Shown here: in pieces, positions 31,139 to 40,895 of the stretch
How the letters are laid out: the number at the start of each line of letters is the position of its first letter
How positions within the stretch are numbered: position 1 is the first letter of the stretch
Assembly (NCBI GenBank): GCA_041613315.1
Contig: JBFJHJ010000002.1
Coordinates: forward strand, 26,014-90,013
Reading direction: 5' to 3'
Length of the DNA: 64,000 nucleotides
Source of the DNA: Gemmatimonadales bacterium
GTDB lineage: Bacteria; Gemmatimonadota; Gemmatimonadetes; Gemmatimonadales; GWC2-71-9
The notes under the pieces: model-generated
Databases searched by the model: none
Told to the model about the DNA's origin: nothing
The model's input: the letters and a program-made list of their open reading frames with translations, nothing else
Position numbers and translations under genes: made by a program

Positions 31139-32935
31139 TCAGTCAGTCTGGGGTGCCAGCCGCGCCAACACGTGGGCGCAGTTGATCAAGGCGATGTGGG
31201 TGAGTCCCTGTGGGAAGTTCCCCAGGAACGCCCCCGTCGCCGGGTCGATCTGCTCCGAGTAGAGGCCCACGTGATTGGCGCGGCTGAGCATGTGCTCGAA
31301 GATCCGCACACCCGCTGCGCGGTCCCCGATCATCGCCAGCGCCTGGGCGAGCCAGAAGCTGCCGATCGCGAACGCTCCCTCCTCTCCCTCCAGCCCGTCG
31401 GGGGCGCGATAGCGGTAGACGAGCATGCCGTCGGCCGCGGTGAGCTCCCGTGCGATCGCCCGCACGGTCGCGGCGACTCGGGGATCGTGCCGATCCAGAA
31501 AGTGCACCATGGGAATCACGAGCGCGGACGCGTCGAGATCGGTGGCGCCGTAGGCCCGGACGAACGCACCGCGTGCGGGGTCGAACCCGTGTTCGAGCAC
31601 GTCGGCCCGGCAGAGGTCCGCCTCCCGTTGCCACCGCTCCGCGTCCCCTTCCAAAGCGTGGGCCGACGCGAGCTTCACCCCCCGATCCAGGGTCACCCAA
31701 CACATCACCTTGCTGAAGACGTGATGCTGCGGCTCGTTGCGCACCTCCCATAAACCGGCATCCGGGCGACGCCAATGGTCCGCCACCCAGTCGACCAGAT
31801 CCCGCAGCACGCGCCACGTCCCCTCGGTGACCTCGAATAGCCGCGACCAGGTGTACGCCGTCTCCAGCACCTCGCCGTAGACGTCCAGCTGGAGCTGGTC
31901 CACCGCACCGTTCCCCACCCGTACCGGCCGCGAGCCGCGGTAGCCGCTCAGGTGGGCGAGCTCCATCTCTGGAAGCTCCCGGCGACCGTCGATCCCGTAC
32001 ATGATCTGGAGGTGCGGGGCGCCGCGCCGTCGGGACACGCGGCGCACGAATGCCATGAACCGGTTCGCCTCCTCGTGGTGACCCAGCGCCTGGAGACTGT
32101 AGATCGCGAAGCAGGAGTCACGGAGCCAGAAGTAGCGGTAGTCCCAGTTTCGGCCCCCGCCGATCCACTCGGGCAGGGACGTGGTCGGGGCTGCGACCAT
32201 CGCACCGGTGGGCTCGTAGCACAGGAGCTTCAGCGTGATCGCCGAGCGCTCGACGGCGTCGCGGTAGGGACCGCGGTAGCGGCTCCTCGCAGCCCATTCG
32301 GTCCAAAAACGGGACACGTCGGAGAGCGCGTCGTCGCTTGCGTAGTCATCGATCGGCCGGACGTCGTCGTCGTCATCCCGCAGGACGAGGGTCAGTGTCT
32401 GCCCGCCCGCGACGCGGTGAACGGCGCGGGCAACGCCGTCGCGCAGCTCCCAGGCAAGGGGCTCCGACGTGGCGAGCGCGACCGTCCGTTCCACCCCATC
32501 CGTGGCCACGATCCCGTGTCGGCGACGCTCGAACGCGGCGGCGCGGGTGCCGTAGGCAAACCGGGGCTCCAGCAAGACGTCGATCTGGACCATTCCCCGG
32601 GTGCACGCGATCCGCCGGTGGATCTCGGACGGGTCGCCGGGACGGCGGACCGTCGGAACGGGCATGAAGTCCGTGACCACGGCATGCCCCTCGGGTCCCG
32701 CGAAGGTGGTCTCGAGTACGGCGGTCCGCGGCACATAACGCTGGACGCCGCGATCGGCGCCAACCGACCGCACCTGGAAGCGTCCGCCCCGGCCGTCATC
32801 CAGGAGCGCGCCGAAGATGGTGGGGCTGTCGAACCGCGGCAGGCAGCACCAATCGATCGAGCCGTTCACGCCCACGAGCGCGGCCGTGCGAAGATCGCCG
32901 ATCAAGCCGTAGGCGGCGATGTCCAGTGTCGTCAT
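31139..32935 (-). CDS. Glycoside hydrolase family 15 (trehalase/glucoamylase-like)
   Basis: LIGDLRTAAL, AAPTTSLPE, RNWDYRY.W.RD, QLDVYGE, GNFPQGLTH. Confidence 0.93.
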   Translation of the reverse strand: MTTLDIAAYGLIGDLRTAALVGVNGSIDWCCLPRFDSPTIFGALLDDGRGGRFQVRSVGADRGVQRYVPRTAVLETTFAGPEGHAVVTDFMPVPTVRRPGDPSEIHRRIACTRGMVQIDVLLEPRFAYGTRAAAFERRRHGIVATDGVERTVALATSEPLAWELRDGVARAVHRVAGGQTLTLVLRDDDDDVRPIDDYASDDALSDVSRFWTEWAARSRYRGPYRDAVERSAITLKLLCYEPTGAMVAAPTTSLPEWIGGGRNWDYRYFWLRDSCFAIYSLQALGHHEEANRFMAFVRRVSRRRGAPHLQIMYGIDGRRELPEMELAHLSGYRGSRPVRVGNGAVDQLQLDVYGEVLETAYTWSRLFEVTEGTWRVLRDLVDWVADHWRRPDAGLWEVRNEPQHHVFSKVMCWVTLDRGVKLASAHALEGDAERWQREADLCRADVLEHGFDPARGAFVRAYGATDLDASALVIPMVHFLDRHDPRVAATVRAIARELTAADGMLVYRYRAPDGLEGEEGAFAIGSFWLAQALAMIGDRAAGVRIFEHMLSRANHVGLYSEQIDPATGAFLGNFPQGLTHIALINCAHVLARLAPQTD

Positions 32936-33030
32936 CGGACACGCGCGCGCGCCGACCGGCGCGCGGGAAGGCTTGCGTTCAAAAGGGGCATGGCTACGTT
33001 CGTCTGACCGCCGACACGGAGTCCAAGATA

Positions 33031-33471
33031 ATGGCGCGTTGCATGGTGACGGTACTCGTCCTCGCCGCGTGTACCGCATCCCCGCCCGTCGGAGAGCTCG
33101 CCACAACCGTCCAGACGATGCTCACCGCCTCCGCCGACGCGTGGAATCGCGGCGACCTGACCGCGTTCGTCGCGGATTACGCCGACGACTCTGCCACGAG
33201 CTTCGTCGCTGGTGGCCGCGTCCATTACGGTACGGACTGGATCCGGGATAACTATGCACCACGCTTCGCGCCGGGCGCCGCGCGGGACTCGCTCCGCTTC
33301 GAGGCCGTGGCCGCGCGCCCGCTCGGTGGGGGGTATGCGCTCGTGACCGCGCGCTACGTGCTCTTCCAAGGCGAGGCGACGACGAGCAGCGGGCCGTTCA
33401 CCCTCGTCTTGCAGCGCCGGGACCGCGGCTGGCGGATCATTCATGATCACACCTCCCGCGATCCTGAGTAG
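33031..33471 (+). CDS. NTF2/SnoaL-like (DUF4440) lipoprotein
   Basis: LAAC lipobox; AWNRGDL..F; WRIIHDHTS. Confidence 0.8.
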   Translation: MARCMVTVLVLAACTASPPVGELATTVQTMLTASADAWNRGDLTAFVADYADDSATSFVAGGRVHYGTDWIRDNYAPRFAPGAARDSLRFEAVAARPLGGGYALVTARYVLFQGEATTSSGPFTLVLQRRDRGWRIIHDHTSRDPE

Positions 33472-34810
33472 CCGCGGCGTCTGCGCCGCGCTACTCGCCA
33501 CCCTCGTCGCCTGTGGCAGCCCCGGAGCCGGCAAGATCGCGTTTGTCGGCGGCAGCCTGTTCGACGGAACGGGCGCGCCACCCGTCTTGGACGCCGTCGT
33601 GATCGTCGCCGGCGACCGGATCGAGGCGGTGGGCCCGCCCGATCTGGTATCGGTCCCGCGGGGCGCGCAGGAGGTCCGCGTGGACGGTAAGTGGATCATC
33701 CCCGGGCTCATCGACGCCCACGTGCATGCCGAGCGCTGGATGATGAGCCGGTTTCTGGCGTATGGGGTGACGACCGTCCGGGACGCGGGCGGCGCGGCGC
33801 CGGCGATCTACCTGCTGCGGGACTCGGTCTCGCTCCGCGTCATCGCCGGCCCGACGATGTACATCTCCGGTCCCGTGATCGACGGGGCGCCCGCCACGAG
33901 GTCGGACGCGGTGGAGGTGCGGAGCGCGCGGCAAGCTCGGCGAGCGGTGGACGAGATCGTCCTCGCGAACGCCCAGCAGGCCAAGATCTCCAGCAAGCTT
34001 ACGCGCACCTTGCTGACGCCGCTCATGGACGAAGCGACCACGCTCAACACCCCGGTCATGGCGCATCTCGGCAAGGTGGACGCCGTCACCGCGGCTCGGC
34101 TCGGCGTGCGCTCCATCGAGCATCTGACCGGCGTGGTGGAGGCGAGCGTCGCCAACCCGGGCCCGTTGATCGACGCCCACGATGACTACTATCGTGGGTG
34201 GACGCTCGTCGGCCGCGCGTGGGCCGAGCTGGACTCCGCGGTGCTGGACCGCACGGCACGGCGCCTGGCCTCCTCCGGCATCGCCATGGTCCCCACCTTG
34301 GTGCTGCACGAAGCGTTCAGCCGGCTCGACGACCCGGGGTACGCGCGAAGACTCGACCTGAGCGGCGTCCCGGCCGACGTGCAGCGCGCCTGGGGCGTCC
34401 CACGGCTGATCACTCGCGCCGGGCTCACCCCCGGAGTCGTCGTGGCGCTTCGCCGAGGACGCAGCAACCAGAACCGCTTCCTGCGCCTGTTCATGCGAGC
34501 GGGCGGGCTCGTGGGCGCCGGCACGGACACGCCGCAACCGCTCCTCGCCCCGGGCGCCAGCCTGCACGAGGAACTCGCGCTGCTCGTCCAAGCAGGGCTT
34601 TCGCCGGAGCAGGCGCTCCTCGCAGCCACTCGGGAGAACGCGCGGCTTCTGGGTGCCGACTCGCTTGGGGTCGTCCAGCCAGGCAAGCTGGCGGACTTCG
34701 TGGTGACCAACAGCAGCCCGCTCGCCGACATCCGGAACACCAGCGCCGTGTACATGGTGGTCTCGCGAGGCGCCATCTACCGACCGGAGGACTTGAAGCA
34801 GGGATGGTGA
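33443..34810 (+). CDS. Amidohydrolase-family lipoprotein
   Basis: LVAC lipobox; PGLIDAHVH, GVTTVRDAG, SIEH, GTDT, GKLADFV. Confidence 0.88.
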   Translation: MITPPAILSSRGVCAALLATLVACGSPGAGKIAFVGGSLFDGTGAPPVLDAVVIVAGDRIEAVGPPDLVSVPRGAQEVRVDGKWIIPGLIDAHVHAERWMMSRFLAYGVTTVRDAGGAAPAIYLLRDSVSLRVIAGPTMYISGPVIDGAPATRSDAVEVRSARQARRAVDEIVLANAQQAKISSKLTRTLLTPLMDEATTLNTPVMAHLGKVDAVTAARLGVRSIEHLTGVVEASVANPGPLIDAHDDYYRGWTLVGRAWAELDSAVLDRTARRLASSGIAMVPTLVLHEAFSRLDDPGYARRLDLSGVPADVQRAWGVPRLITRAGLTPGVVVALRRGRSNQNRFLRLFMRAGGLVGAGTDTPQPLLAPGASLHEELALLVQAGLSPEQALLAATRENARLLGADSLGVVQPGKLADFVVTNSSPLADIRNTSAVYMVVSRGAIYRPEDLKQGW

Positions 34811-34866
34811 CACCGCCTGGCGCCGACCGGTGCGGGCACGGGCGCCGGAGTCGGCGACCGCAGGAG

Positions 34867-34939
34867 CTGGGGCGGCAGGACTCGAACCTGCAACCTCCCG
34901 GTTAACAGCCGGGCGCTCTGCCAGTTGAGCTACACCCCA
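34867..34939 (-). tRNA. tRNA-Asn (GTT); CCA not encoded
   Basis: TGGGGTGTAGCTCAACTGGCAGAGCGCCCGGCTGTTAACCGGGAGGTTGCAGGTTCGAGTCCTGCCGCCCCAG folds as a cloverleaf with a GTT anticodon and a GTTCGA T-loop. Confidence 0.96.
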
Positions 34940-35174
34940 GAGCCACCCCACCCAACCCCCCGTGATGGAGCCGGACACGGACGGCGAGGAAGCGGGTCGG
35001 ACCGCCGCCGGTTGGCGAGCGGGAGCCTGAATCTAGGGCCACGCGGCCCGCCCCGGCCAACCCCCGCTCCCTCGCCGCCACCTGACCCCCGCGATCGGCC
35101 GCCCCTCCCCCCCCGGCCCACCGACACTGGGGGAGGTGCGGCGGCCCGGTTCCGATGGCATCTTTAAGGGCATC

Positions 35175-36077
35175 ATGCCTGCTGTCGCTCAGACCGACGT
35201 CCGTGACGCGATCCACCGGCTCGCCGAGTTCTTCCGCGGCCGCCAGACCCGCGCGGGGCTCCTCGCGCGGCGTCTGCTGCGGCGGCCCGCACCGGACGAC
35301 CTCCAGCTCGCGGACCACCTCGTTCGGGAGCGCCGGCGCAAGAGCCGCATGAACGGGAGCATCGCCGGCTCCTTGGTCCAGACGGCGTGGACCACCTGGG
35401 AGTTTCTGGAGCTGGACTGCCCGACCGATCACGCGGCCGTGGTGCGCACCCTCGGTTACGTGCTCGCCCAGCAGGACCGCCCCGGACACTTTGGGGAGGG
35501 CTGTGATCCGACGCGCCATGAGGCGCGACTCTGCCGTCACCACGTGAGCGGGTTTTTTTCCCCCGGATCGCAAGACGAGACCGTCGCGCCGCTCAGCTTT
35601 CCGTCGGGCGTGGTAACGGAGCGTGATCCCGACGCCCGGTTCGCCGCCAGCTGCTTCGCGCTCCGGGTCGTGCTGTGGGCGCGGGAGGACCGGCGCGAGG
35701 GGGTGCGCCGACACATAGAGAGTCTGCTCGCGATGCCGGGGCTCTGGGATGGCGCGGGCGGCCCCTGGTCGCCGGACTTGGTCTTCTTCGCGCTCGGCGC
35801 ACTGGCACTCGCTCCGCTCGAGTACCGGGACCGGCTCACGGAACGGAGCGAGCAGGTGTTGGCACGGCAGGACCCGGACGGCCGCTGGGCGGGGGCATCG
35901 CTGTTCCACGCGCTCGACATGCTCTGGTCGGTTCCCGCGGCCCCGGCGCGGGAGGCGCTGCGGCGGGCCGTGCCGCTCATCTGCGGGCTGCAGCGGGAGG
36001 ACGGCACGTTCGACGAGGGCGGACACGAGGAAGTGGCCATCATCGGGCTACGGGCGCTGAGCCTCGCTCAGGCGTAG
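35175..36077 (+). CDS. Hypothetical protein with prenyltransferase/terpene-cyclase-like QxxDGxW/F repeats
   Basis: QDRPGHF, QDPDGRW and QREDGTF each follow a helical segment. Confidence 0.55.
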   Translation: MPAVAQTDVRDAIHRLAEFFRGRQTRAGLLARRLLRRPAPDDLQLADHLVRERRRKSRMNGSIAGSLVQTAWTTWEFLELDCPTDHAAVVRTLGYVLAQQDRPGHFGEGCDPTRHEARLCRHHVSGFFSPGSQDETVAPLSFPSGVVTERDPDARFAASCFALRVVLWAREDRREGVRRHIESLLAMPGLWDGAGGPWSPDLVFFALGALALAPLEYRDRLTERSEQVLARQDPDGRWAGASLFHALDMLWSVPAAPAREALRRAVPLICGLQREDGTFDEGGHEEVAIIGLRALSLAQA

Positions 36078-36081
36078 TGGC

Positions 36082-36783
36082 TCAGGCCGACAGCGTCGCA
36101 ACGGCCAGGACCACCCACCACGCCCCGACGCCGAGGCTGGCGGCGGCCGTGACCCGGGCGAGGGCCCGCGCCAGCACGACCGACCGTGCGGCCCGCCCAA
36201 CCGCGATGGCTGCCAATGCAGCGTAGCATCCCATGCCGACGATTGTCCCCACCCCGAACGCCACGAGGTAGCCGAGTGCCGCCCAGGGATTGGGAAGGAG
36301 GGTGACGGGAATGAGCGCCGCCACGGGTGCCGTCCCCGCGAGGCCATGGACGGCCCCGACGGCGGCGGCGAGGTGGCGGTGACGCCGCTCGGGATCCACG
36401 TGATGGTGCGCGTGGGGGTGGACACCGGGCGGATGCGCATGGAGGTGGGTGTGGCCGCCGTGCCGCTCCGGGTCGTGGACGTGGAGGCGGCCGGCGGCGC
36501 GCAGCGCCCAGAGACCGAGCCCGATCAGCGTGACGCCGACCGCTACCTCGGCCCAGCCGTGAGCGCTGTCGGGCAGGCGAAGGCCGGACCAGGCCAGCAG
36601 GGCGCCGAACACCAGAACGGCGCCGGCGTGTCCGAGACCCCACCGGATGCCGAACGCCGCCGCGGCGACGACCCGAGGCCGGGCACCCACGAACGCCGTG
36701 ACGGCGACCATGTGGTCCACCTCGAGCGCGTGCGACGCGCCGAGCGCAACGGCGGCCGCGTAGGCCGCAGCGAGTTCACCCAT
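36082..36783 (-). CDS. HoxN/UreH/NicO-like nickel/cobalt transporter
   Basis: HALEVDH, WGLGH, His-rich loop, VHGLAG; about 6 TM helices. Confidence 0.82.
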   Translation of the reverse strand: MGELAAAYAAAVALGASHALEVDHMVAVTAFVGARPRVVAAAAFGIRWGLGHAGAVLVFGALLAWSGLRLPDSAHGWAEVAVGVTLIGLGLWALRAAGRLHVHDPERHGGHTHLHAHPPGVHPHAHHHVDPERRHRHLAAAVGAVHGLAGTAPVAALIPVTLLPNPWAALGYLVAFGVGTIVGMGCYAALAAIAVGRAARSVVLARALARVTAAASLGVGAWWVVLAVATLSA

Positions 36784-36807
36784 GGCACTCCGAACAGGAG
36801 GACGGTG

Positions 36808-37890
36808 ATGTCGGGCACCCCGCGGGACGAGCGGGCGCGCATACGGCTCACAGCCCTGTCGCACGGCGCCGGTTGAGCCTGTAAACTCGGCCCGGCCGAG
36901 CTGGCGCAGGTCTTGCGCCACCTCCCGGCGGTGAGCGACCCGCGCGTGCTGGTCGCCGCCGCGACGCGCGACGACGCCGCAGTCTACCGGATCTCCGACG
37001 ACCGCGCCGTGGTGGCGACGGTGGACTTTTTCACGCCGATCGTGGATGACGCCTACGCGTTCGGCGCCATCGCCGCGGCGAACGCGTTCAGCGATCTGTA
37101 CGCGATGGGCGCGACGCCGCTGTTTGCGCTCAATCTAGTGGGGTGGCCACGGACGCCCGCAATGTTGGCGCTGTTGCAGGACACCGTGCGGGGCAGCGTG
37201 GACGTGGCGCGTGAGGCCGGCGCGTTCATCGTGGGCGGCCACTCGATCGACGATGCCGAGCCCAAGTTCGGCTTGGTGGCCGTGGGAGAGGTCCACCCCG
37301 ACCGGATCATCAGTATCGCCGGCGCGAAACCGGGTGACCGGCTGATCCTGACCAAGCCGATCGGCACCGGGATCCTGAGCACCGCGTTGAAGCGTGATCT
37401 CCTCGCGGAGGCCGACTTGGAGCCGGCGGTCCGGATCATGACGACGCTCAACGCCGGGGCGATGCGGGCGATGCGGGCGGTGGGAGATGCGGTGCACGCG
37501 GCGACGGATGTGACGGGATTCGGGCTCGTGGGCCATCTGCGGAACATGGTCGCGGCCAGCCGTGTCGGTGCCCGGATCGTGGCCGGGAGCGTCCCCGTGC
37601 TCGAGCGGGTAGCGGCGCTCGCCGCGCGGGGCGCCGTGCCCGGCGGTTCGGAGCGTAACGCCGAAGCCGCGGGCGAGTATACGGTGTGGGGAGACGACGT
37701 GGACGCAACCATGCGTACGATCGTGTGCGACGCCCAGACGTCGGGCGGGCTGCTCATTGCGGTGGCACCGGAAGCAACCGACGCTCTGGTGCGCGCGCTG
37801 GAAGCCGAGGCAGCTCCGGCGGCGGCGGTCATCGGCGAAATCGTGGCGGACGCCGAGGGTCGCATCGAGGTGGTGGGGTCACGTGGGTAA
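36808..37890 (+). CDS. selD: Selenide, water dikinase (selenophosphate synthetase), selenocysteine-containing
   Basis: AGGAGG RBS and ATG at 36808; RLTALSHGAG-TGA(36874-76)-ACKLGP is in frame with the 36913 ORF (DDAAVY, TVDFFTPIVDD, TDVTGFGL, DAQTSGGLL). Confidence 0.93.
36886..36920 (+). promoter_or_regulatory. Putative bacterial SECIS element of selD
   Basis: Hairpins CTCGGC-CCG-GCCGAG and TGGCGCA-GGTCT-TGCGCCA just 3' of the UGA; the second has a G-led apical loop. Confidence 0.6.
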
Positions 37891-38491
37891 GGGACCTCTG
37901 CCGCTCGCCGTCGTCCACGCGGACGAGAGCTGCCTGGGCAACGGTCGCGACGGTAAGACTCCGGGCGGCGCGGCCTCGCTCATCGAGGCGCGAGACCGCG
38001 GCGGCAGGATCGTACGACGCGACCTCTTCATCTCCGCGCCGGACACGACCAACAACAAGATGGCGCTCAACGGGGCCATTGCCACTTTTGCGCTGCTCTC
38101 CGCCAAGGGCCGCCGGTTCCGCGTGGCGTTCCATTCGGACTCACAGTATCTCGTGAAGGGGATGCGCGAGTGGGTACCCGGTTGGCGGGCCCGGGGCTGG
38201 CGGCGCAAAGGGGGCCAGGTGCAGAACCTCGAGCTGTGGCGCAAACTGGTCGAAGCGACCGCCGACCACGAGCCCACCTGGATCTGGGTGGAGGGTCACG
38301 CCGGGCACATGAAGAACGAGTACGCGAACGATCTGGCGATCCGCGCGGCGACCGAGCAGGTCACCTCGCCCGGCCTCGTGCCTTCGGCCCTCGACGCGTG
38401 GCTAGCGCAGCGCCGAGAGCGGGGACAGTACACCGATCACGATCCCGACCGGGAGTTCGCCGCCGTGGAAGCGAAGCTGGGCAGCGCGTGA
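37883..38491 (+). CDS. rnhA: Ribonuclease HI
   Basis: HADESCLGN, TTNNKMAL, SDSQY, NLELW, WVEGHAGH..NEYANDLA. Confidence 0.88.
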   Translation: MGKGPLPLAVVHADESCLGNGRDGKTPGGAASLIEARDRGGRIVRRDLFISAPDTTNNKMALNGAIATFALLSAKGRRFRVAFHSDSQYLVKGMREWVPGWRARGWRRKGGQVQNLELWRKLVEATADHEPTWIWVEGHAGHMKNEYANDLAIRAATEQVTSPGLVPSALDAWLAQRRERGQYTDHDPDREFAAVEAKLGSA

Positions 38492-38580
38492 GCTCCGCCA
38501 CAAGAGGCCGACGCAACAGCCCCGAGGAAGGGAGAATGGGATTTCCCAAGGGGGGAGGCGGGGCGTTTCCCAAAGATGGC

Positions 38581-39060
38581 GTGAGCGCGAACACGCACCC
38601 GCTCAACCTCGCGGTGGCGCCCGTGAACGCTGAGCCGGAACGGATCCCCCTGTTCGAGGTGTACATGCGAATGGCGGAGGAACTGGCAAAACGATCCACC
38701 TGTGCCCGGCTGCAGGTCGGCACCGTGATCACCGATCAGCAGCTCGAGAACGTCGTCGCCATCGGATACAACGGCAACGCACGGGGGCTGCCGAACCGGT
38801 GCGACAGCCGGGCGCCCGGTAATTGCGGCTGCATTCACTCCGAGGTCAACGCGCTCGTGAAGGCGCCCGGCGACATGCGCGACAAGGTCGTGTTCGTGAC
38901 CGACAGCCCGTGTACGATGTGCGCCAAGCTCATGATCAACTCCGGAGTGAGCCACGTGTTCTTCCGCCGGGTTTACCGCGATCCCAGTGGCGTCGAGTTA
39001 TTGGCCGGAGCCGGCGTCACCCCGGTGCCGTACGATCGCTGGCTCGACGCCTGGCGTTGA
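38581..39060 (+). CDS. dCMP deaminase / ComEB-family zinc deaminase
   Basis: RSTC, GYNG, HSEVNA, PCTMC. Start uncertain (38488, 38581 or 38623). Confidence 0.85.
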   Translation: MSANTHPLNLAVAPVNAEPERIPLFEVYMRMAEELAKRSTCARLQVGTVITDQQLENVVAIGYNGNARGLPNRCDSRAPGNCGCIHSEVNALVKAPGDMRDKVVFVTDSPCTMCAKLMINSGVSHVFFRRVYRDPSGVELLAGAGVTPVPYDRWLDAWR

Positions 39061-39076
39061 GCGGCGGAGCGACACC

Positions 39077-39784
39077 GTGGACGACGTGACTCGGTTGTTT
39101 CGCAAGCTGGTCGGCGTGCTGGCCGACGCCGACCCCGCCCAGCTCCGCGAACCGTTCCGCGTCGCGGACCTGTACGAACGCATCCTCCCCTACCGCCGCT
39201 TCAAGCGCGACCTGAAGTTCGATTCGGTCGAAGACTACGACATGGCGGTCCTCCGGCTCCTGGCGGGCGACGGCGGGTACGCCGCCGTCGAGCCGATCGA
39301 GGCGCGCGAGGCGATAGCCTTGGAGGCGGACGCGGTACGCCCCGACACCGACGCCTTTCGGGCGTTCGGCAACGCGACCGTGCGGCTCCAGGAGCGGGCC
39401 GTGCAATCAGTCCTGACCGAGGAATGGGCGTTCGCGCCACCGGTGTTTCCCCTCCCGGACGCACCCGCGCGGGGGCACGAACGGGAGCACGAGCAGCGGC
39501 GGCGCGAGGGTGAGCGAGGCAGCCGGGGGCTCGTGTTTGAGGCGGTGCCGGAGCAGCAGGGGAGCCCGGGGAAGACGGAGGTGGGGGACGCAACGGCCTC
39601 GCCACGCGCCGCGGGTGCTCCACGCTGCGCCGAGTGCGACGCCCCCCTTCCGGAGCGGCGCTCGGTCGCCTTTTGCCCGTTCTGCGGACATGGGCTCGAG
39701 CGTGTGGTGTGTCCCTCTTGCGGCGAACCTATGGAGTCCGGCTGGCGGTTCTGCGGAACATGCGGCCACGCGGCGGACGGTTGA
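39077..39784 (+). CDS. Double zinc-ribbon domain protein
   Basis: C-terminal CAEC..FCPFCG..CPSCG..FCGTCG. Confidence 0.75.
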   Translation: MDDVTRLFRKLVGVLADADPAQLREPFRVADLYERILPYRRFKRDLKFDSVEDYDMAVLRLLAGDGGYAAVEPIEAREAIALEADAVRPDTDAFRAFGNATVRLQERAVQSVLTEEWAFAPPVFPLPDAPARGHEREHEQRRREGERGSRGLVFEAVPEQQGSPGKTEVGDATASPRAAGAPRCAECDAPLPERRSVAFCPFCGHGLERVVCPSCGEPMESGWRFCGTCGHAADG

Positions 39785-39788
39785 GTCG

Positions 39789-40895
39789 GTGACGCCGACG
39801 CGCCGCATTGCGACCATCGGGGGCGACGGGATCGGGCCGGAGGTGGTCGAGGCGGCGATCCCCGCAATTGACGCCGCCGCCGGGACGGAAGGGGCGGTAC
39901 TGACCTGGGAACGCCTCCCCTACGGCGCGGGCCACTTCCTCGCCACCGGCGAAACGCTTCCGCAGAGCGCGTTCGAGCATCTCCGGGACGACGCGGACGC
40001 GATCTTCGTAGGCGCCCTCGGCGACCCGCGGGTCCCTGGAAACGAGCATGCCCGGGACATCCTGCTGGGCCTCCGATTCAGACTCGACCTGTACATCAAC
40101 TTTCGGCCGTGCCGGTTGCTGCATCCCGATCTGTGCCCGCTGAAGCCTGTCCCTGACCCCTCGGCCCCCTCTTCCCGGGGGACAGAACGGGCGGATGGGC
40201 GGGCGCGGCTGATCGACTTCGTGATCTTCCGTGAGAACACCGAAGGGCTCTACCTGGCGCGCGGGTCTTCCAAGAATGTGGGGACACCTGAAGAGGAGCA
40301 GATCGCGGAAGATGTGCATACGGCGCCCAAGGTGCGTCGCATCATTCGCGCGGCGTTCGAGTGGGCCAAGGCCCATCGGAGAACGCGGGTCACCATGGCC
40401 GACAAGTCCAACGCCATTCCGGCGCATCATCTCTGGCAGCGGGTCTTCGAAGAGGTGGGAGCGGAATTCTCAGAAGTCGAGCGTGAGCATTTCTACATCG
40501 ACGCGCTCGCGATGCAGCTGGTCAAGCGACCGGAGCAGTTCCAGGTGATCGTGACCAACAACATGTTCGGCGACATCCTGTCGGACCTGGGCGCGCAGCT
40601 GGTGGGCGGCCTGGGCATGGCCGCCAGCGCCAACCTGCACCCGGGACGCGTCGGGTTGTTCGAGCCGGTGCACGGCTCCGCTCCGCGGTATGCCGGGAAG
40701 GGGACGGCGAATCCGATGGCGACGATCTTGACGGGGGCGCTGATGCTGGAACAGCTCGGGCTCCGGGAGGCCGCGCGACGTCTGGAGGAGGCGGTGCGCG
40801 GGACACTCGAGGCGGGCGTACGGACACCGGACCTCGCGGGGACGGCGACGACCCGGGAGGTGGCGGAGGCCGTGGTCCAGCACGTGGTCGCGTGA
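39789..40895 (+). CDS. 3-isopropylmalate/tartrate dehydrogenase family (LeuB-like)
   Basis: GDGIGPEV, RENTEGLY, NMFGDILSD, FEPVHGSAP, ANPMA. Confidence 0.9.
   Translation: MTPTRRIATIGGDGIGPEVVEAAIPAIDAAAGTEGAVLTWERLPYGAGHFLATGETLPQSAFEHLRDDADAIFVGALGDPRVPGNEHARDILLGLRFRLDLYINFRPCRLLHPDLCPLKPVPDPSAPSSRGTERADGRARLIDFVIFRENTEGLYLARGSSKNVGTPEEEQIAEDVHTAPKVRRIIRAAFEWAKAHRRTRVTMADKSNAIPAHHLWQRVFEEVGAEFSEVEREHFYIDALAMQLVKRPEQFQVIVTNNMFGDILSDLGAQLVGGLGMAASANLHPGRVGLFEPVHGSAPRYAGKGTANPMATILTGALMLEQLGLREAARRLEEAVRGTLEAGVRTPDLAGTATTREVAEAVVQHVVA

Noticed and set aside
34811-35174. tRNA-Asn as an integration site for an island or prophage
   Set aside because: I saw no integrase, no duplicated tRNA 3' end and no compositional shift.
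36874-36876. selD as a nonsense pseudogene
   Set aside because: The TGA falls exactly on the catalytic Cys/Sec column and is followed by a SECIS-like hairpin, so recoding is the better explanation.
38520-38580. TTTCCCAA direct repeat between rnhA and the deaminase
   Set aside because: Only two 8-nt copies; I cannot distinguish this from chance or from an N-terminal coding extension.
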